Shown: positions 12,622 to 25,034 of the stretch, in pieces
Layout: each line of letters starts with the position of its first letter
Numbering within the stretch: the first letter of the stretch is position 1
Origin: Octopus vulgaris
Taxonomy: Eukaryota
Reading direction: 5' to 3'
Assembly (NCBI GenBank): GCA_951406725.2
Contig: OX597819.1
Span: 53,754,001 to 53,818,000 of the forward strand
Length of the DNA stretch: 64,000 nt
The notes under the pieces: generated by a model
Told to the model about the DNA's origin: nothing
Databases searched by the model: none
The model's input: the letters and a program-made list of their open reading frames with translations, nothing else
Position numbers and translations under genes: made by a program

Positions 12622-13354
12622 CTATCTATGACAAAAGTTCTAGGACGGGTTCTGTAGTGCGCCAACAGATGGCAGCACACGGTTGCGTGCTCAGTGAGAA
12701 TTAGCAGTGACCTTTATGAGATACTGCGCCTGTGACATCGCTGTATTTACTTCGCAGCTTGTGAAATTTGTGTGTTTGTGACCACATTTATGCTGTAGTC
12801 TACGATTTTGTCATGGCCAGGAAGTTGGAACAAAGAGCCAACGTGCAATTTTGCGTTAAACTTGGAAAGACTGCTACAGAGACATTGAGCATACTTCGGC
12901 AAGCTTATGGCAACTAGGTAATGAGTCGTACGCAATGGTTCGAGTGGCACGGGCGCTTCTAAATCGGAATAACGTCCCTGGAAGACGATGGCCGAACTGG
13001 AAGGCCTGCCACAAGCGTCACTCCCGGAAATATGGTATACTCTCTTTACTCTTTTACTTGTTCCAGTTATTTGACTGCGGTCATTCTGGAGCACCGCCTT
13101 TAGTCGAGCAAATTGACCCCAGGACTTATCCTTTGTAAGCCTAGTAATTATTCTATCGGTCTCATTGCCGAGCCGCTAAGTTTCAGGGACGTATAGACAC
13201 CACCATCGGTTGCCAAGCGATGTTGGGGGGGGGGGGAACAAATACAGACACACAAACGTATACACACACAAACGTATACACACACATACATACGTGCATG
13301 CATGCATACATGCATGCATGCAGGCATACATGCATGCAGGCATACATGCATGCA

Positions 13355-13386
<32 letters not shown>

Positions 13387-13990
13387 CGACGGGCTTCTTT
13401 CTGTCTGCGTCTACCAAATCCACTGACAAGGCTTTGGTCGGCCCGAGGCTATAGTAGAAGACACTTGCCCAAGGTGCCACGCAGTGGGAACGAACCCGGA
13501 ACCATGTAGTTGGTAAGCAAGCTACTTACCACACAGCCACTCCTGCGTCTATAGTATAGTGCATCGAGAATTTGTCTCCCAGGGCCAGACCGTCCTGAAG
13601 TGTTTGGGGTACGACATTCAGTGAAAGCGACCGGATCTGTGGAACGCGAAGAATTGGATTCTTCCCGACTACAATGCACCCTGTCATCGAGCTCTCCTCA
13701 CTCGTGAGTTTCTTGCCAAAAACAACATGGTGTCGCTTTCGCACCTGCCCTATTCACCAGATTTAGTACCTACAGACAAGATGAAAATACAGCTCTAAAG
13801 CCGCCGTTTTAACACCGTTATCGAGATCCAGAGCGAATCGCAGAAGATCCTCGACTCGCTTACGGAAAACGACTTCCAGGCTGATTCTAAAAATGGCAGG
13901 AACGCTGGGACCGGTGTAGTGCTGCGCAAGGTGACTATTTCGAAGGAGATGATGTTAAGATTTAGGTAAATAAGTTATTTTTTATTTTTT
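12622..13990 (+). mobile_element. Decayed mariner (Tc1/mariner) transposon, internally deleted and split by a SINE
   Basis: From ATG at 12813: MARKLEQRANVQFCVKLGKTATETLSILRQAYGN*VMSRTQWFEWHGRF...LEDDGRTGRP (HTH region). After the SINE: VHREFV...KRPDLW...NAPCH...HLPYSPDLVP...WQERWDRC..AQGDYFEGD. Outer boundaries approximate. Confidence 0.92.
13040..13549 (-). mobile_element. Full-length SINE family A inserted in the mariner
   Basis: Complete head and tail; 9-bp TSD with one mismatch, tatggtata (13031-13039) / tatagtata (13550-13558); internal (TGCA/TACA)n expansion. Confidence 0.92.
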
Positions 13991-14332
13991 GAATGCTGTA
14001 TATTAAGTCTATAAAATTGTGCATAAAGTGCATTAAGTAATCATCGTATTCCGATTTCTTTCACTTTTCAATGAGTAGCAGATGAGCGACTATCTTTCCA
14101 TACAGACACAACACAGGCTACGCTTTCAATAAGTTTACCATTAATTCTGTGAAATATTCACGGGTCCCGCTTGCAAAAATTAAAAAGAACAAGGCAGGAA
14201 GAACAATGTTTGACAAATATAGTATTGGTTTAACGCTTGAAAAGTTGAAATGAGAGTCTAAATATTTTGCAAGTTAGTCTTTCATCAGCAATAAAAAGAA
14301 AAAAAAGAGAATCATGAGAAGAAAAGGGGAGG

Positions 14333-14380
<48 letters not shown>

Positions 14381-14463
14381 TATATAATATAATATATATA
14401 TATATATATATATGTACTTATGTGTATATATAGATGCGCGTGTGTGTGTGTGCATGTGTACGC

Positions 14464-14499
<36 letters not shown>

Positions 14500-15412
14500 A
14501 TGTGTATATGTGTATGTATATGTATATATATGTATATATATATGTATATGTGTATGTATATGTATGTATGTGTATGTATGTGTATATGTATATGTGTATA
14601 TATATTAATTAGTGTATATGTATGGACTAGTCTTCTGTGGGTGTGTTGAGGTATGTATGTGTATGCGTGTATGTGAATATACGTGAATGTATGTAGATGT
14701 ATGCGTGTATGAATATAACACGCGCGTGCGCGTATGTGTATGTGTGTACGTGTGAGTGTGTGGGCGTGAGTGAGTGCTTGCGTTCGTATCAGTGAGTAGA
14801 TAGATAAACGGAATCTTTAGATCATCCCTTGAGACCGGCTGACCGGTCAAGATAAAAATAAAGATATAAACAAAAGTAGTAATAATAAAATTAAAATAAG
14901 AGAATAAAAATGTGTGTGTATGTGTGTGCATGTATATGCATTTGTATATATATGTGCGAGTGGGTATACATATATGTATGTATATGTATGTATATGTGTA
15001 TCTGTGTGTACGTACATGGGTATGTGTATATATATGTATATATATGTATATATATATGTATATGTATGTGTATGTATGTATGTATATTTATATGTATGTA
15101 TATGTGGGTATGTATGTATATGTATAGATATATGTGAATATGTGGGTGTATATATGTGTATATATATATATATATGTAGATGTACAAGTGAGAGTCTCCC
15201 TACTTACCTAAAACTCTATTTTTCTATTTATATTTAAAAAATTTTTTTTTTATTCTTTTATTTATTCTTTTATCTACTTTACCACCGATTCCTTTGACCA
15301 CTCCCCTAATAATGACAGTTTTGCGCCATGCCTACCCCCAAAAAAGTCCCCCCCACCACCACCCATTTAAACCTGCGTAAATGTATGAATGCCAAAACAA
15401 CTCTTGTCTACT

Positions 15413-15463
15413 AGCTTCCTGATGATTTCTTTTGAATGAAACAGTTCTAGTCCTGTAGAAGCT
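15413..15463 (+). ncRNA. Type I hammerhead ribozyme motif with canonical core
   Basis: agcttc CTGATGA tttc tttt gaat GAAAC ag ttctagtc ct GTA gaagct. 6-bp stem I, stem III ACAG/CTGT, GUA cleavage triplet; AATAAA and (TA)n follow. Confidence 0.88.
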
Positions 15464-15499
15464 CCTTCTATATAATAAATATATATATATATATATATA

Positions 15500-15710
15500 G
15501 TTGGAATTTACAAAAAGGTAAAAGACGAAGACAGGTGTGTAAACAACATTCAGGTGTATTAGTTTAACGCTCGGGAAGGTGAGAAAGTCTTTTACGTTTC
15601 GAGCCTACACTCTTCAACAGAAAGGAACACGATAAAATAAACAGAGAGAGAATAAAAAAGGCTTTAGTGGCTAGCGATCGATCATGGCGATGGCTGGAAA
15701 GAGGTGATAT
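15500..15710 (-). mobile_element. PLE-like terminal repeat next to (TA)n with variant hammerhead (15589-15624)
   Basis: Minus strand: cttt CTGTTGA a gagt gtag gctc GAAAC GTA aaag. Same family as the copies at 16548 and 63802. Confidence 0.75.
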
Positions 15711-16118
15711 AGATATATATCGTATTATATATAATACGATACAATATATCACGGTATCGATCAGACTATTGGTTGATGTTATACACAACTGGCCGCAATT
15801 CGCTTCGGATTGTGTTAGCTTTCAAACGATGCCACCCTGCTGGCTAGCCAGACAGGCAGGCTAATATTCTCTCTGAATGAGAAACCAGTTTGTCGCATGG
15901 TCACCTATTTACCGCTGAGTGGAACGGAAGAACTTGAAATCAGTTTTTTTTTTGGTCAAGAGTACAACACACTACTGGTCTTGGAATAGAAACCACATTC
16001 TTGTGGTCCCTAGATTATAAGTTCAAATCCTGGACTTGGTGGCACGTTGTGCTCTTGAGTAAAACACTTCATTTCACGTTGCTCTATCTCTCTCTATCTG
16101 TATATGTATATATAAACG

Positions 16119-16150
<32 letters not shown>

Positions 16151-16291
16151 GTAAAAAATAAAATAAATACAGACATGGACAAGAACATGAAACACCAAAG
16201 AGACGACACAAGAACCACAGGACGGGACATTCGAAGCCCTCAGTCATCAGTCAAGAACCAGATCATCTTCGCTATTTCGGCTGATTAATCT

Positions 16292-16337
<46 letters not shown>

Positions 16338-16454
16338 ATCAAAATAAAATAAAAACATGATGCGAAGGATTCAGTAAATTGATCAATTTACTCCACCACC
16401 TACACCACTAAACGGTATACACAGGTGCTTATAATTATCAAGTACTCACCCCGA

Positions 16455-16517
<63 letters not shown>

Positions 16518-16547
16518 TGTGTTTGTATATATATGTATGTATGTATG

Positions 16548-16728
16548 TTGGGGGAGAATTCACAAAACAAAAGACGAAGACAGGTGGTGTAGACAACAAA
16601 CAGATGTATTAGTATCACGTTCGGGAAGTGAAAAAGTCTTTAACGTTTCGAGCCTACGCTCTTCCACAGAAAGGAACACAGAAAGAAACAAGGAGAGAAA
16701 ATAAAGAATGTGTAGTGGCTAACGATAC
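16548..16728 (-). mobile_element. PLE-like terminal repeat with variant hammerhead (16638-16673)
   Basis: Minus strand: cttt CTGTGGA a gagc gtag gctc GAAAC GTT aaag; embedded in TA/TATG repeats. Confidence 0.75.
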
Positions 16729-16892
16729 ATATGTATATGTACCTATGTATATGTAAATATAAAGGTATATATATGTACATATATTCATATATATATATAT
16801 ATATATATATATACCCTAACTACCTATATATATATATGTGCATGTATATATGTGTATATATACATGTATTACTTGTGTGTGTGTATACACAC

Positions 16893-16933
<41 letters not shown>

Positions 16934-16998
16934 CACACACACACACACACATATATATATACACACCCTAACTACCTATATATATATGTATATGCATG

Positions 16999-17029
<31 letters not shown>

Positions 17030-17031
17030 GC

Positions 17032-17087
<56 letters not shown>

Positions 17088-17667
17088 TACTTGTGTGTAT
17101 ATACATACACGCATGTATACATCTATATATATATGCCTATATTCATGTATATGTACATATATGTGTGTGTGCGTGTTTCATTTATATATGATTATATTTA
17201 TGTATACACACACATTAGGTGGACGATATTTTCGACCGAGACAGTACAACCGTATTTGATTCTCCAAGTGCTTTAGTTCTCTGTATGCACATTTATTTAT
17301 TAGATTGCTTACATTTAGCAGTAATTTCTCCCACTCTGTTGATGCGCCATTTTGTATCATTAATAAAGTTGTTGGCATTTTTGACGACACGGGTATGCAA
17401 ATATGTATATAAAACCATCTGTGTATAAATATTAAATATATAGTACCCCAACATGGCCACAGCCTTGGGATTGAAACATAAAAGAATTAACCATAGAAAG
17501 ATATGCTGCTGTGTTATATTTATTTTTTTTTTCTGAGAGAACATTTTTCTATAAACACCGTCTCAGCAGCGACTCATAGGAACGTTAGGCACATTTTTCC
17601 TTAACGTGTACCCACTTGTCAAAATTCTTACCTCAATATATAGGAAACACTAATAATACATTCATTG

Positions 17668-17713
<46 letters not shown>

Positions 17714-17814
17714 TCTAAGGTTAGTGGTTAGGGCGTTGCACTCACAATACCTAAAAAAAAACAAAGCAAAATAAGTAATAAATGTATAGGTGAGAGACAA
17801 ATAAGATGTCACGA

Positions 17815-18220
17815 GAGCGGCGAGCTGACAGAAACGTTAGCACGCCGGGCGAAATGCGTAGCCGTATTTCGTCTGCCGTTACGTTCTGAGTTCAAATTCC
17901 GCCGAGGTCGACTTTGCCTTTCATCCTTTCGGGGTCGATTAAATAAGTACCAGTTACGCACTGGGGTCGATATAATCGACTTAATTCGTTTGTTTGTCCT
18001 TGTTTGTCCTCTCTGTGGGCAGTAAAGAAATTGGTATTTCGTCTGCTGTTACGTTCTGAGTCCAAATTCACCGAGGTCGACTTTACCTTTCATCCTTTCG
18101 GGGTCGATTAAATAAGTACCAGTTACGCAATTGGGTCGATGTAATCGACTTAATCCATTTGTCTGTCCTTGTTTGTCATCTTTATGTTTAGCCCTGCCCC
18201 CTGTGGGCAATAAAGAAATA
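17815..18220 (+). mobile_element. SINE B dimer (long-tail subfamily)
   Basis: The first unit ends gtgggcagtaaagaaat and re-enters at ggtatttcgtctg for a second unit. Confidence 0.88.
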
Positions 18221-18444
18221 AATGAGATGTTACTGGGAAACCAAATTGTGACGCATCCTTATTGAGACTAGTGTTCTAGCGTAAGCGACGCGTGTATTAT
18301 TTGCTTTTAGTGCTAAGCTAAAACCGTGCTATGAACTTAAAAGAAGCAATTAGGGATTGTTTCAGTGTATCTATCGTCCATTTAAGAATATGCTTAAGTC
18401 CTGGCTCTATTTAGTTAAGGTCATTTACGTCGTATGATGAAATT

Positions 18445-18766
18445 TTGCCAAGGTCGACTTCGAATTTCGTCTTTCAAGATCGATAAAATAAAGTACACAA
18501 GTACAGCGGTCAATGTAATCGACTCACCTTTCACCTCAAAACAGCTAGTGCTGAGTCAAAATTTTAAAACCTTTTCAAGTGGCAAGCTGGACGAAATGCT
18601 TAGCGGTATTTTGGTATTTCGTTCTGAGTTCAAATTCCGCCGAGGTCGAATTTGCCTTTCATCCTCTCGGGGGTCTTTGAATTAAGTACCATTTTAAACT
18701 CTGGAGTTCATGTAATCGACTCATCCCCTCCCCTAAAATGACTGCCCTTGTGGCAAAATTTGAAAC

Positions 18767-18768
<2 letters not shown>
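18445..18768 (+). mobile_element. Two degenerate SINE B copies ending in (ATT)n
   Basis: gagttcaaattccgccgaggtcg...cccttgtggcaaaatttgaaacc followed by attattatt. Confidence 0.8.
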
Positions 18769-18817
<49 letters not shown>

Positions 18818-19028
18818 GCTCTTTCCTTCTTTCTTCAAATTTTCTTCCGTTTCTCTCCGAGTGTTTTCTATACACATAGGGCAGAGAAGCTCATTGTATG
18901 CATTCCCAGATTACACACGCAAATTCACAGATAAAATATGTAATTAAAAATTAATAAATAAATAAATTCATGGATGGATGTTGTTTTCACAGCGATAATG
19001 CTCTTCTCAGTACATGATCCGTCCAGTT
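18818..19028 (-). mobile_element. R4/Dong-like 3' end (last codons plus 3' UTR) inside (AAT)n
   Basis: Minus strand encodes TDHVLRRALSL*, resembling the GTA(H/R)ILR C-terminus of the other copies; AAT repeats on both sides. Confidence 0.65.
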
Positions 19029-19029
19029 A

Positions 19030-19068
<39 letters not shown>

Positions 19069-19108
19069 CATTATTATTATTATCATTATTATTATTATTA
19101 TTATTATT

Positions 19109-19905
19109 GCCTTTGCTCGGCTTTTTAACGCTGGAGATGTACTATGGTGTCAGCTGATCACTACCAATGAATTAAAGTAACACCTTTTATTTTTCGAGCA
19201 CCTTCCGGAGTATTCGGGCGGTTCCAGGCAGTGCTGTTTTCTGCATGTGCTCCACTCTTATTGAAGCCCCTATTTGTTCCACGTACGTCTCGAGATTTTT
19301 GCTCACTGTTCACAGGGCTCCGACAATTATTGGTACTAGTGCTAGCTTTTTTCATCGACCAAAACTGCTTAACTTCCCAAGCTAACCTGTCATTTCTCTC
19401 GACTTTTCTTTCTTCCTCATCGCATAACTTGTCAGCTGGGCATGCTATATTTATGATCCAGCATAGTTTGTTTTCTTTCTCAATTAAGATTATGTCTGGC
19501 TTCCTATTCTCTATCTCATGGTCACACTGAATCATAAAATCCCAAAGGATCTTTGTATTTCTATTTTCGACGATGCCTTCAGGTTTTCTTTCTCCATGCC
19601 TTTGGGTTTGTGGTCGTCCTAATTTTTTGCTCTGTCAAGTCCATACTTGTTGCAAAGTGTCCAATGGACAAGCATGGCTATATTGTCGTGGCGTCTCTTA
19701 TATTCCTTCTGGGCTAGTGGCGTACATTGGCTGGTAATATGCCATACGGTTTCACCGTTTTGTCCACAGCTTCTGCACTTATCACTTTCTGCTGTGTTGT
19801 CTATTCTGTATTTTAAGTAGTGCTTGCTCTTGGGCAGCACAGATTAGGGCATCCGTTTCCGGTTTTAAATCACTTTTAGTCATCCACAGCCATCTTTTTT
19901 CTCTA

Positions 19906-19907
<2 letters not shown>
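19109..19907 (-). mobile_element. R4/Dong-like retrotransposon: CCHC zinc knuckle plus RLE, 5'-truncated, inside (AAT)n
   Basis: WLWMTKSDLKPETDALICAAQEQAL / KCRSCGQNGETVWHITSQC..LAQKEYKRRHDNIA / ILWDFMIQCDHEIENRKPDIILIEKENKLCWIINIACP; several frameshifts. Confidence 0.93.
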
Positions 19908-19949
<42 letters not shown>

Positions 19950-19952
19950 ATT

Positions 19953-20172
19953 AAGATGGTGAGCTGACGGAATTGTTACTGCGTTGGGAAAAATGCTTAG
20001 CGGCATATCATCCGGCTCTTTACCTTTGGCGCTCAAAACCCGTCGAGGTCAACTTTGCCTTTTATCTTTTCGGGGTCGATAAAATAAGTACCAGTTAAGC
20101 ACGGACTCGATATAATCGTTTTGACCCCTCTAAGCCCAGAATTTCAGGCTTTGTGCCTATAGTTGAAAGGAT
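19953..20172 (+). mobile_element. SINE family B
   Basis: gagctgacggaattgttac...tttcggggtcgataaaataagtaccag...gaaagg followed by attattatt. Confidence 0.8.
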
Positions 20173-20182
20173 TATTATTATT

Positions 20183-20400
20183 GGCAGTAGTAGTTGTGGT
20201 GGAGGTGGCGGTGGTTGATGGCAGTAGTAGTAGTAGTAGTAGTAGTTGCGGTGGTGGCGATGGTTGATCGCAGCAGTAATAGTAGTAGTTGTGGTGGTGG
20301 TGGCGGCGGCAGCAGCAGTTGACAGTAGTAGTAGTAGTAGTAGTAGTAGCAGCAGCAGAAGCAGCAATAGTAGTAGTAGAGGTGGCGGTGGTGGTTGATG

Positions 20401-20437
<37 letters not shown>

Positions 20438-20677
20438 CAGCAATAGTAGTAGTGGTGGCGGCGGCGGTGGTTGATGGTGGTAGTAGCAGTAGTAGTGGCG
20501 GCGATGGTTGATGGTAGTAGTAGTAGTAGCAGTAGTAGTAGTAGTAGTAGTAGCAGCAGCAGCAGCAGCAGTAGTAGTGGTGGTGGCGGTGGTTGATGGT
20601 GGTGGTAGCAGTAGTGTTAGTAGTAGTAGTAGCAGCAGCAGAAGCAGCAGTAGTGGTGGTGGCAGTGGTTGATGGTG

Positions 20678-20712
<35 letters not shown>
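20183..20712. repeat. Compound (GTA)/(GGT)/(GCA) trinucleotide minisatellite punctuated by ggtggttgatg
   Basis: About 7 recurrences of tggttgat separated by variable triplet runs. Confidence 0.9.
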
Positions 20713-21467
20713 TTTGTAATGAAATAAATTGGAAGTTTGATCTGGCCATTGTTTTCTTATCTGTTGTAATAGGTTTTTGTTTAATTGATTTCAGCTGAGT
20801 TGCATTGATATCAAGCCATCATTTGATGTGGATTCTTTTGTTCGCATTGATTATCTTTCTTTTAGTCCCCAAATTAAGTATGATTGTCAATAAAAATCCC
20901 ATGAACAGATCGGTAATGAGAATCATAATTATCACACACACAGCGTGCGCCCGCATGCACGCACACACGTACAGACAAGACAAGACACAAACACACACAA
21001 GCCGACTCGCACTGCGCTAGTCTTGTACAAATGCATAAGTATATTATAGCTGCCGCAATCACATTCATTTATTTATATGCAAACTGACACAGACTCACCC
21101 CGCCTCTTCTTGCATGTACATAAAGACAATGGTCACGTGCATTATGGTACCCAGATACAGCAGTTTAGTTTTCTCTTAAGTGATGATAACAATAAATGTA
21201 TCGAAAACTGTAATGGGCCAACCGCGGTCCGTTATGACTTTCTGAATGGATTGCCTTATGAAAAATTCCTCATTTTTTTTTTATCTTGTATTTTAGTAGT
21301 ATGGTCTGCCTGGTGATGAGTCATGTTTCAATGGGCCCGCTTCTCCAAGAAAGACTGTCCATAGGGTGTCCGTGACTGGACTAATATAATAAAGCGAGTG
21401 GTTATCTGCAGATTGTTTTAGTTGTAAAGCAGATGCGAGGTAAATTTGCATATACGTGTGTATATGA

Positions 21468-21514
<47 letters not shown>

Positions 21515-21757
21515 CACGCGCGCGCGCATGTGTAAATTGGTATATCAAATTCTGTTAATTTTATGTCAGAAAAAAATATAACCTAATTTTATCGAACCCT
21601 ATTCATTTAATTGCTAGGTACCTTCAGACTGGGCTGAAACGAACTCTGGTGTTGATATCATAGGTTAATACGCACGCACACACACAAACACACACACACA
21701 CATTTATTTCCCTGTCTGTTAGTAACATACACACACACACACATACATATATGGTTG

Positions 21758-21796
<39 letters not shown>

Positions 21797-21910
21797 GAAG
21801 AGAGAGGTGGATTTAAGGCATAATACTTCAGTTTCATTCCTGTTAAAAGTCTCAAGGCTGTCTACACTCTAATCATGTACCGGCATCCCTTTCTTCTGAA
21901 GATAACCATA

Positions 21911-22909
21911 ACAAGAGCACTGAGAGAGCGCAAACCAAGGTAACACCAACGTCCTCTCAATGATTAGCCGGAGATGATTTTTAAAATGAGAATATCTTAA
22001 ACTCGACTGCTCTCACAAGCGAGAACACTAAAAACGAACCCGACCGCTCTTAAAAATTAAGTAAACAAATATAGAAAAATAATCCAGAATCCTCGTCATG
22101 GAATATGAAGGTGGGTGTGCAGGCCGTGTTTGTAATGCTGTGTGTGTGTCGTCTGCAGTGGGAACAGGGACAGTTTTCTCTATGAAGGCCCTTTCTTTAG
22201 TCTATCCGCTGGTATAGTGTCTTTACGACACTAAGTCTATAGTGAAACATTTATCCGTGCGTGAAAGAATACAGTGCTGTTAACGAAGGTTTAACAACAT
22301 TGTTGCGCACAAAAATGTGAGTCCAAGAAGTAAAGCTTCCTTCAAGGTAGAGCCAGAAATGCAATTGCCAAGTAGGTAAGAGATTTTAAACAGGCGCAAC
22401 GTATTCAAAATTGTAAAAACGAAAAATTGTCGAGGATAAATTAAATTTATTATTGTTACTGAATATGTTAGTGTCATTTGATCTCTGAACGGTTTTGCTG
22501 CCGTTTGTTTATGTAGTTTGGTTTCTTTAACTTTCAGTTTCAACTGAGATAGAGACTCAATTAAAATTAATAATAGAGAAGCGAAAAAAGAACTTTGGAA
22601 ACAGCAACGCCGCCATAACTTAGGTGGAAACTGTGAGCGCGCATTCCAGGGAGATAATCAGAGAAAGACTTGAAAGTCAACGTAAAATTGTAATACTTAA
22701 TGTAAAGTAAATATAACAAATAATCCAGAATCCTTGTCCGATACCGGATCGATCCTAAAATCTAATCAGTTCATGCCAGTCACAAGGCCAAACATCCCTG
22801 AAAGTTTCGTCCGAATCCATCCAGCGGTTCTTGACATATCTTGTCCACGGACAAACAAACAAGCAAACAAACACAACTGAAATCAATACTTCCGCTAAGG
22901 CGGAGATAA
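21911..22909. mobile_element. Helentron/HINE-like non-autonomous element, either two partial copies or one copy with an insert
   Basis: Starts aacaagagcactgagagagcgcaaac; ends with (caaa)n then the stem-loop tccgctaaggcgga; aaataatccagaatcct is repeated at 22077 and 22718. Confidence 0.6.
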
Positions 22910-22988
22910 CTAGTATTATTTATACATATTAATATTAACTGTAAATATAATATATATACATATTATGTATATGTATGTATGTGCTTAT

Positions 22989-23025
<37 letters not shown>

Positions 23026-23036
23026 CATACATATAT

Positions 23037-23115
<79 letters not shown>

Positions 23116-23838
23116 TGAGTACATATATATATGCAGATATATGCATATATGTATGCATACATGCGCGCGCGCAGATATGTATTTTCATATACATACATGC
23201 ATTTATAAATACTCATCTACATTTACAAATATTCGTGCATGCACACACATACATGTACATGCACACACGTCACACACACACACCACACACATACACACAC
23301 GTCACACACGTCACACACTAAAACCTCAAAACGCAAACAGAGCAAAGTTCCTCTAAATATAATCGGCTCTTTTCAATGGAGACAGACTAAGTTGTCTTTT
23401 ATTACCTCATTTATGACAAGTAGCTGCACTTGTATTACAAAATACTGAAGCCCTATGAATTATTCATGTCCTTCACTTTTCCACTTTGCATATTTGGTAA
23501 GACTAACAAGCAGTGGCTGTCAGGTTATGGTTGAGGGGAGCACAACGACGTGTTGTAACAGGTAGTATGTAAGTAGTATAGAGGTGGGCTGAGAATGTCG
23601 GGACAGGCTTGTTTAGGGACAGGTTATAGCAGGCAGGACTATAGTTCTGGGTTGCAGTCACGAAGAACATAGTGACTGGCTGAGGTAGACAGAAACAGAT
23701 TTGCAGGTAGGTCCAGACAGAAGAATATTGGCGGGTTGTGACAAGTAAAGGCAGATTAAAAAGTATTTAATGATGAAGTTTTATTTGGGGAATAGAAAAT
23801 AGAAAAAAAAAACTTTGATACTGTGGTGTGCTTTAATT

Positions 23839-23995
23839 CAGGAGTCCCCCAACTAACGAACCTCAGATCGGTACCTCGCCGCAGATCAGCAGCGGGCCGC
23901 AAATCAGTATCGAGTCGCAGATCAGTAGCGGGCCGCGGATCAGTGGCGGGCCGCGGATCAGTGGCGGGCCGCAGGTCAGTACCGGGTCGCAGAGG
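23839..23995 (+). repeat. hAT/Charlie-like left end followed by an 18-bp GC-rich tandem repeat (about 7 units)
   Basis: caggagtcccccaac start; unit gcggatcagtggcgggcc. Confidence 0.7.
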
Positions 23996-24071
23996 AAAAT
24001 TAAATTTTAAAATGTTATCTCTATTTTATTGATTATCACAGTCTATAGGGTATTTTTTGTACTATATATGT

Positions 24072-24145
<74 letters not shown>

Positions 24146-24154
24146 TGTGCTTCA

Positions 24155-24425
24155 AGGCACGTGGCTACGTGGTTAGGGTATTCGGCTCATGATCGTGAGG
24201 TCGTGGGTTCAAAACCCGGTGGTGTGGTGTATCCTTTAGCAAGTCACTTTATTTCACGTTGCCACTCAGCTGGCAAAAATGAGTTGTACCTGTATTTTAA
24301 AGGGCCAGCCTTGTCGCCTTTTCTGAGAACTTCGTGAAGGGCAGGTTCGCGTGTCTGTGGAGTGCTCAACCACTTGCTCGTTAATTTTACGAGCAGGCTG
24401 TTCCGTTGATTGGATCAACTGGAAC
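24155..24425 (+). mobile_element. tRNA-derived SINE, head 1 plus tail X
   Basis: tggctacgtgg A box, gggttcaaaaccc B box, agcaagtcacttt CORE-like segment; tail as in the copies at 7353 and 42360. Confidence 0.78.
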
Positions 24426-24912
24426 AGAGTATGAAATAAGAAAATTAGTTATAATAAAATATTTGCATCTCCTCTCTATTGAAATTATTTTGGTATCTAT
24501 TTTGCTATATCCTGTCGAATTGATATCATTAACTTTTGACGGTTTAAAAATCACTTAATATTAAGCTTAGCCGTCAATTGCAAGCAAGTATCGCCTAGTA
24601 CCATGTACGACGCGTTTGCCAATGCTTTAGATGCCCAAGTAGTTGCGTGCACACATAGACACTCACTCAACCAGCCGGTCTTAACCCAGTGGAGCATCGA
24701 GGGTGTGACAGTTGGAGGGAGCGCGAGCTATGTGGTATTTATTTAAAGCTGACTTAGCAGGAGCTACATGAAACGAAGTACCTTGTTTAAGACTATAACG
24801 CACCGCCCGATCCAGGAATGGAACCGACGACCTTACAGTTATCTACTAGGCCACACGCCTTCTATATTTTTAATGGAAATATTCGAAGGACATTATTATT
24901 ATTATTATTATT

Positions 24913-24992
24913 GAGTGACAGAGCAGTGCATGCCATCAAAGTGACACTGGGGTAAAATATACGAAGCCCAATATACCCATCATGACTACCCG

Positions 24993-24993
<1 letters not shown>
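24913..24993 (-). mobile_element. Family C 3'-end fragment flanked by ATT repeats on both sides
   Basis: gagtgacagagcagtgcatgccatcaaagtgacactggggtaaaatatacg. Confidence 0.88.

Positions 24994-25034
<41 letters not shown>

Noticed and set aside
23863-23992. 18-bp GC-rich array as a CRISPR or a coding repeat (ORF 23823-24032)
   Set aside because: Contiguous tandem units with no spacers, eukaryotic context, and a position just inside a hAT-like end.
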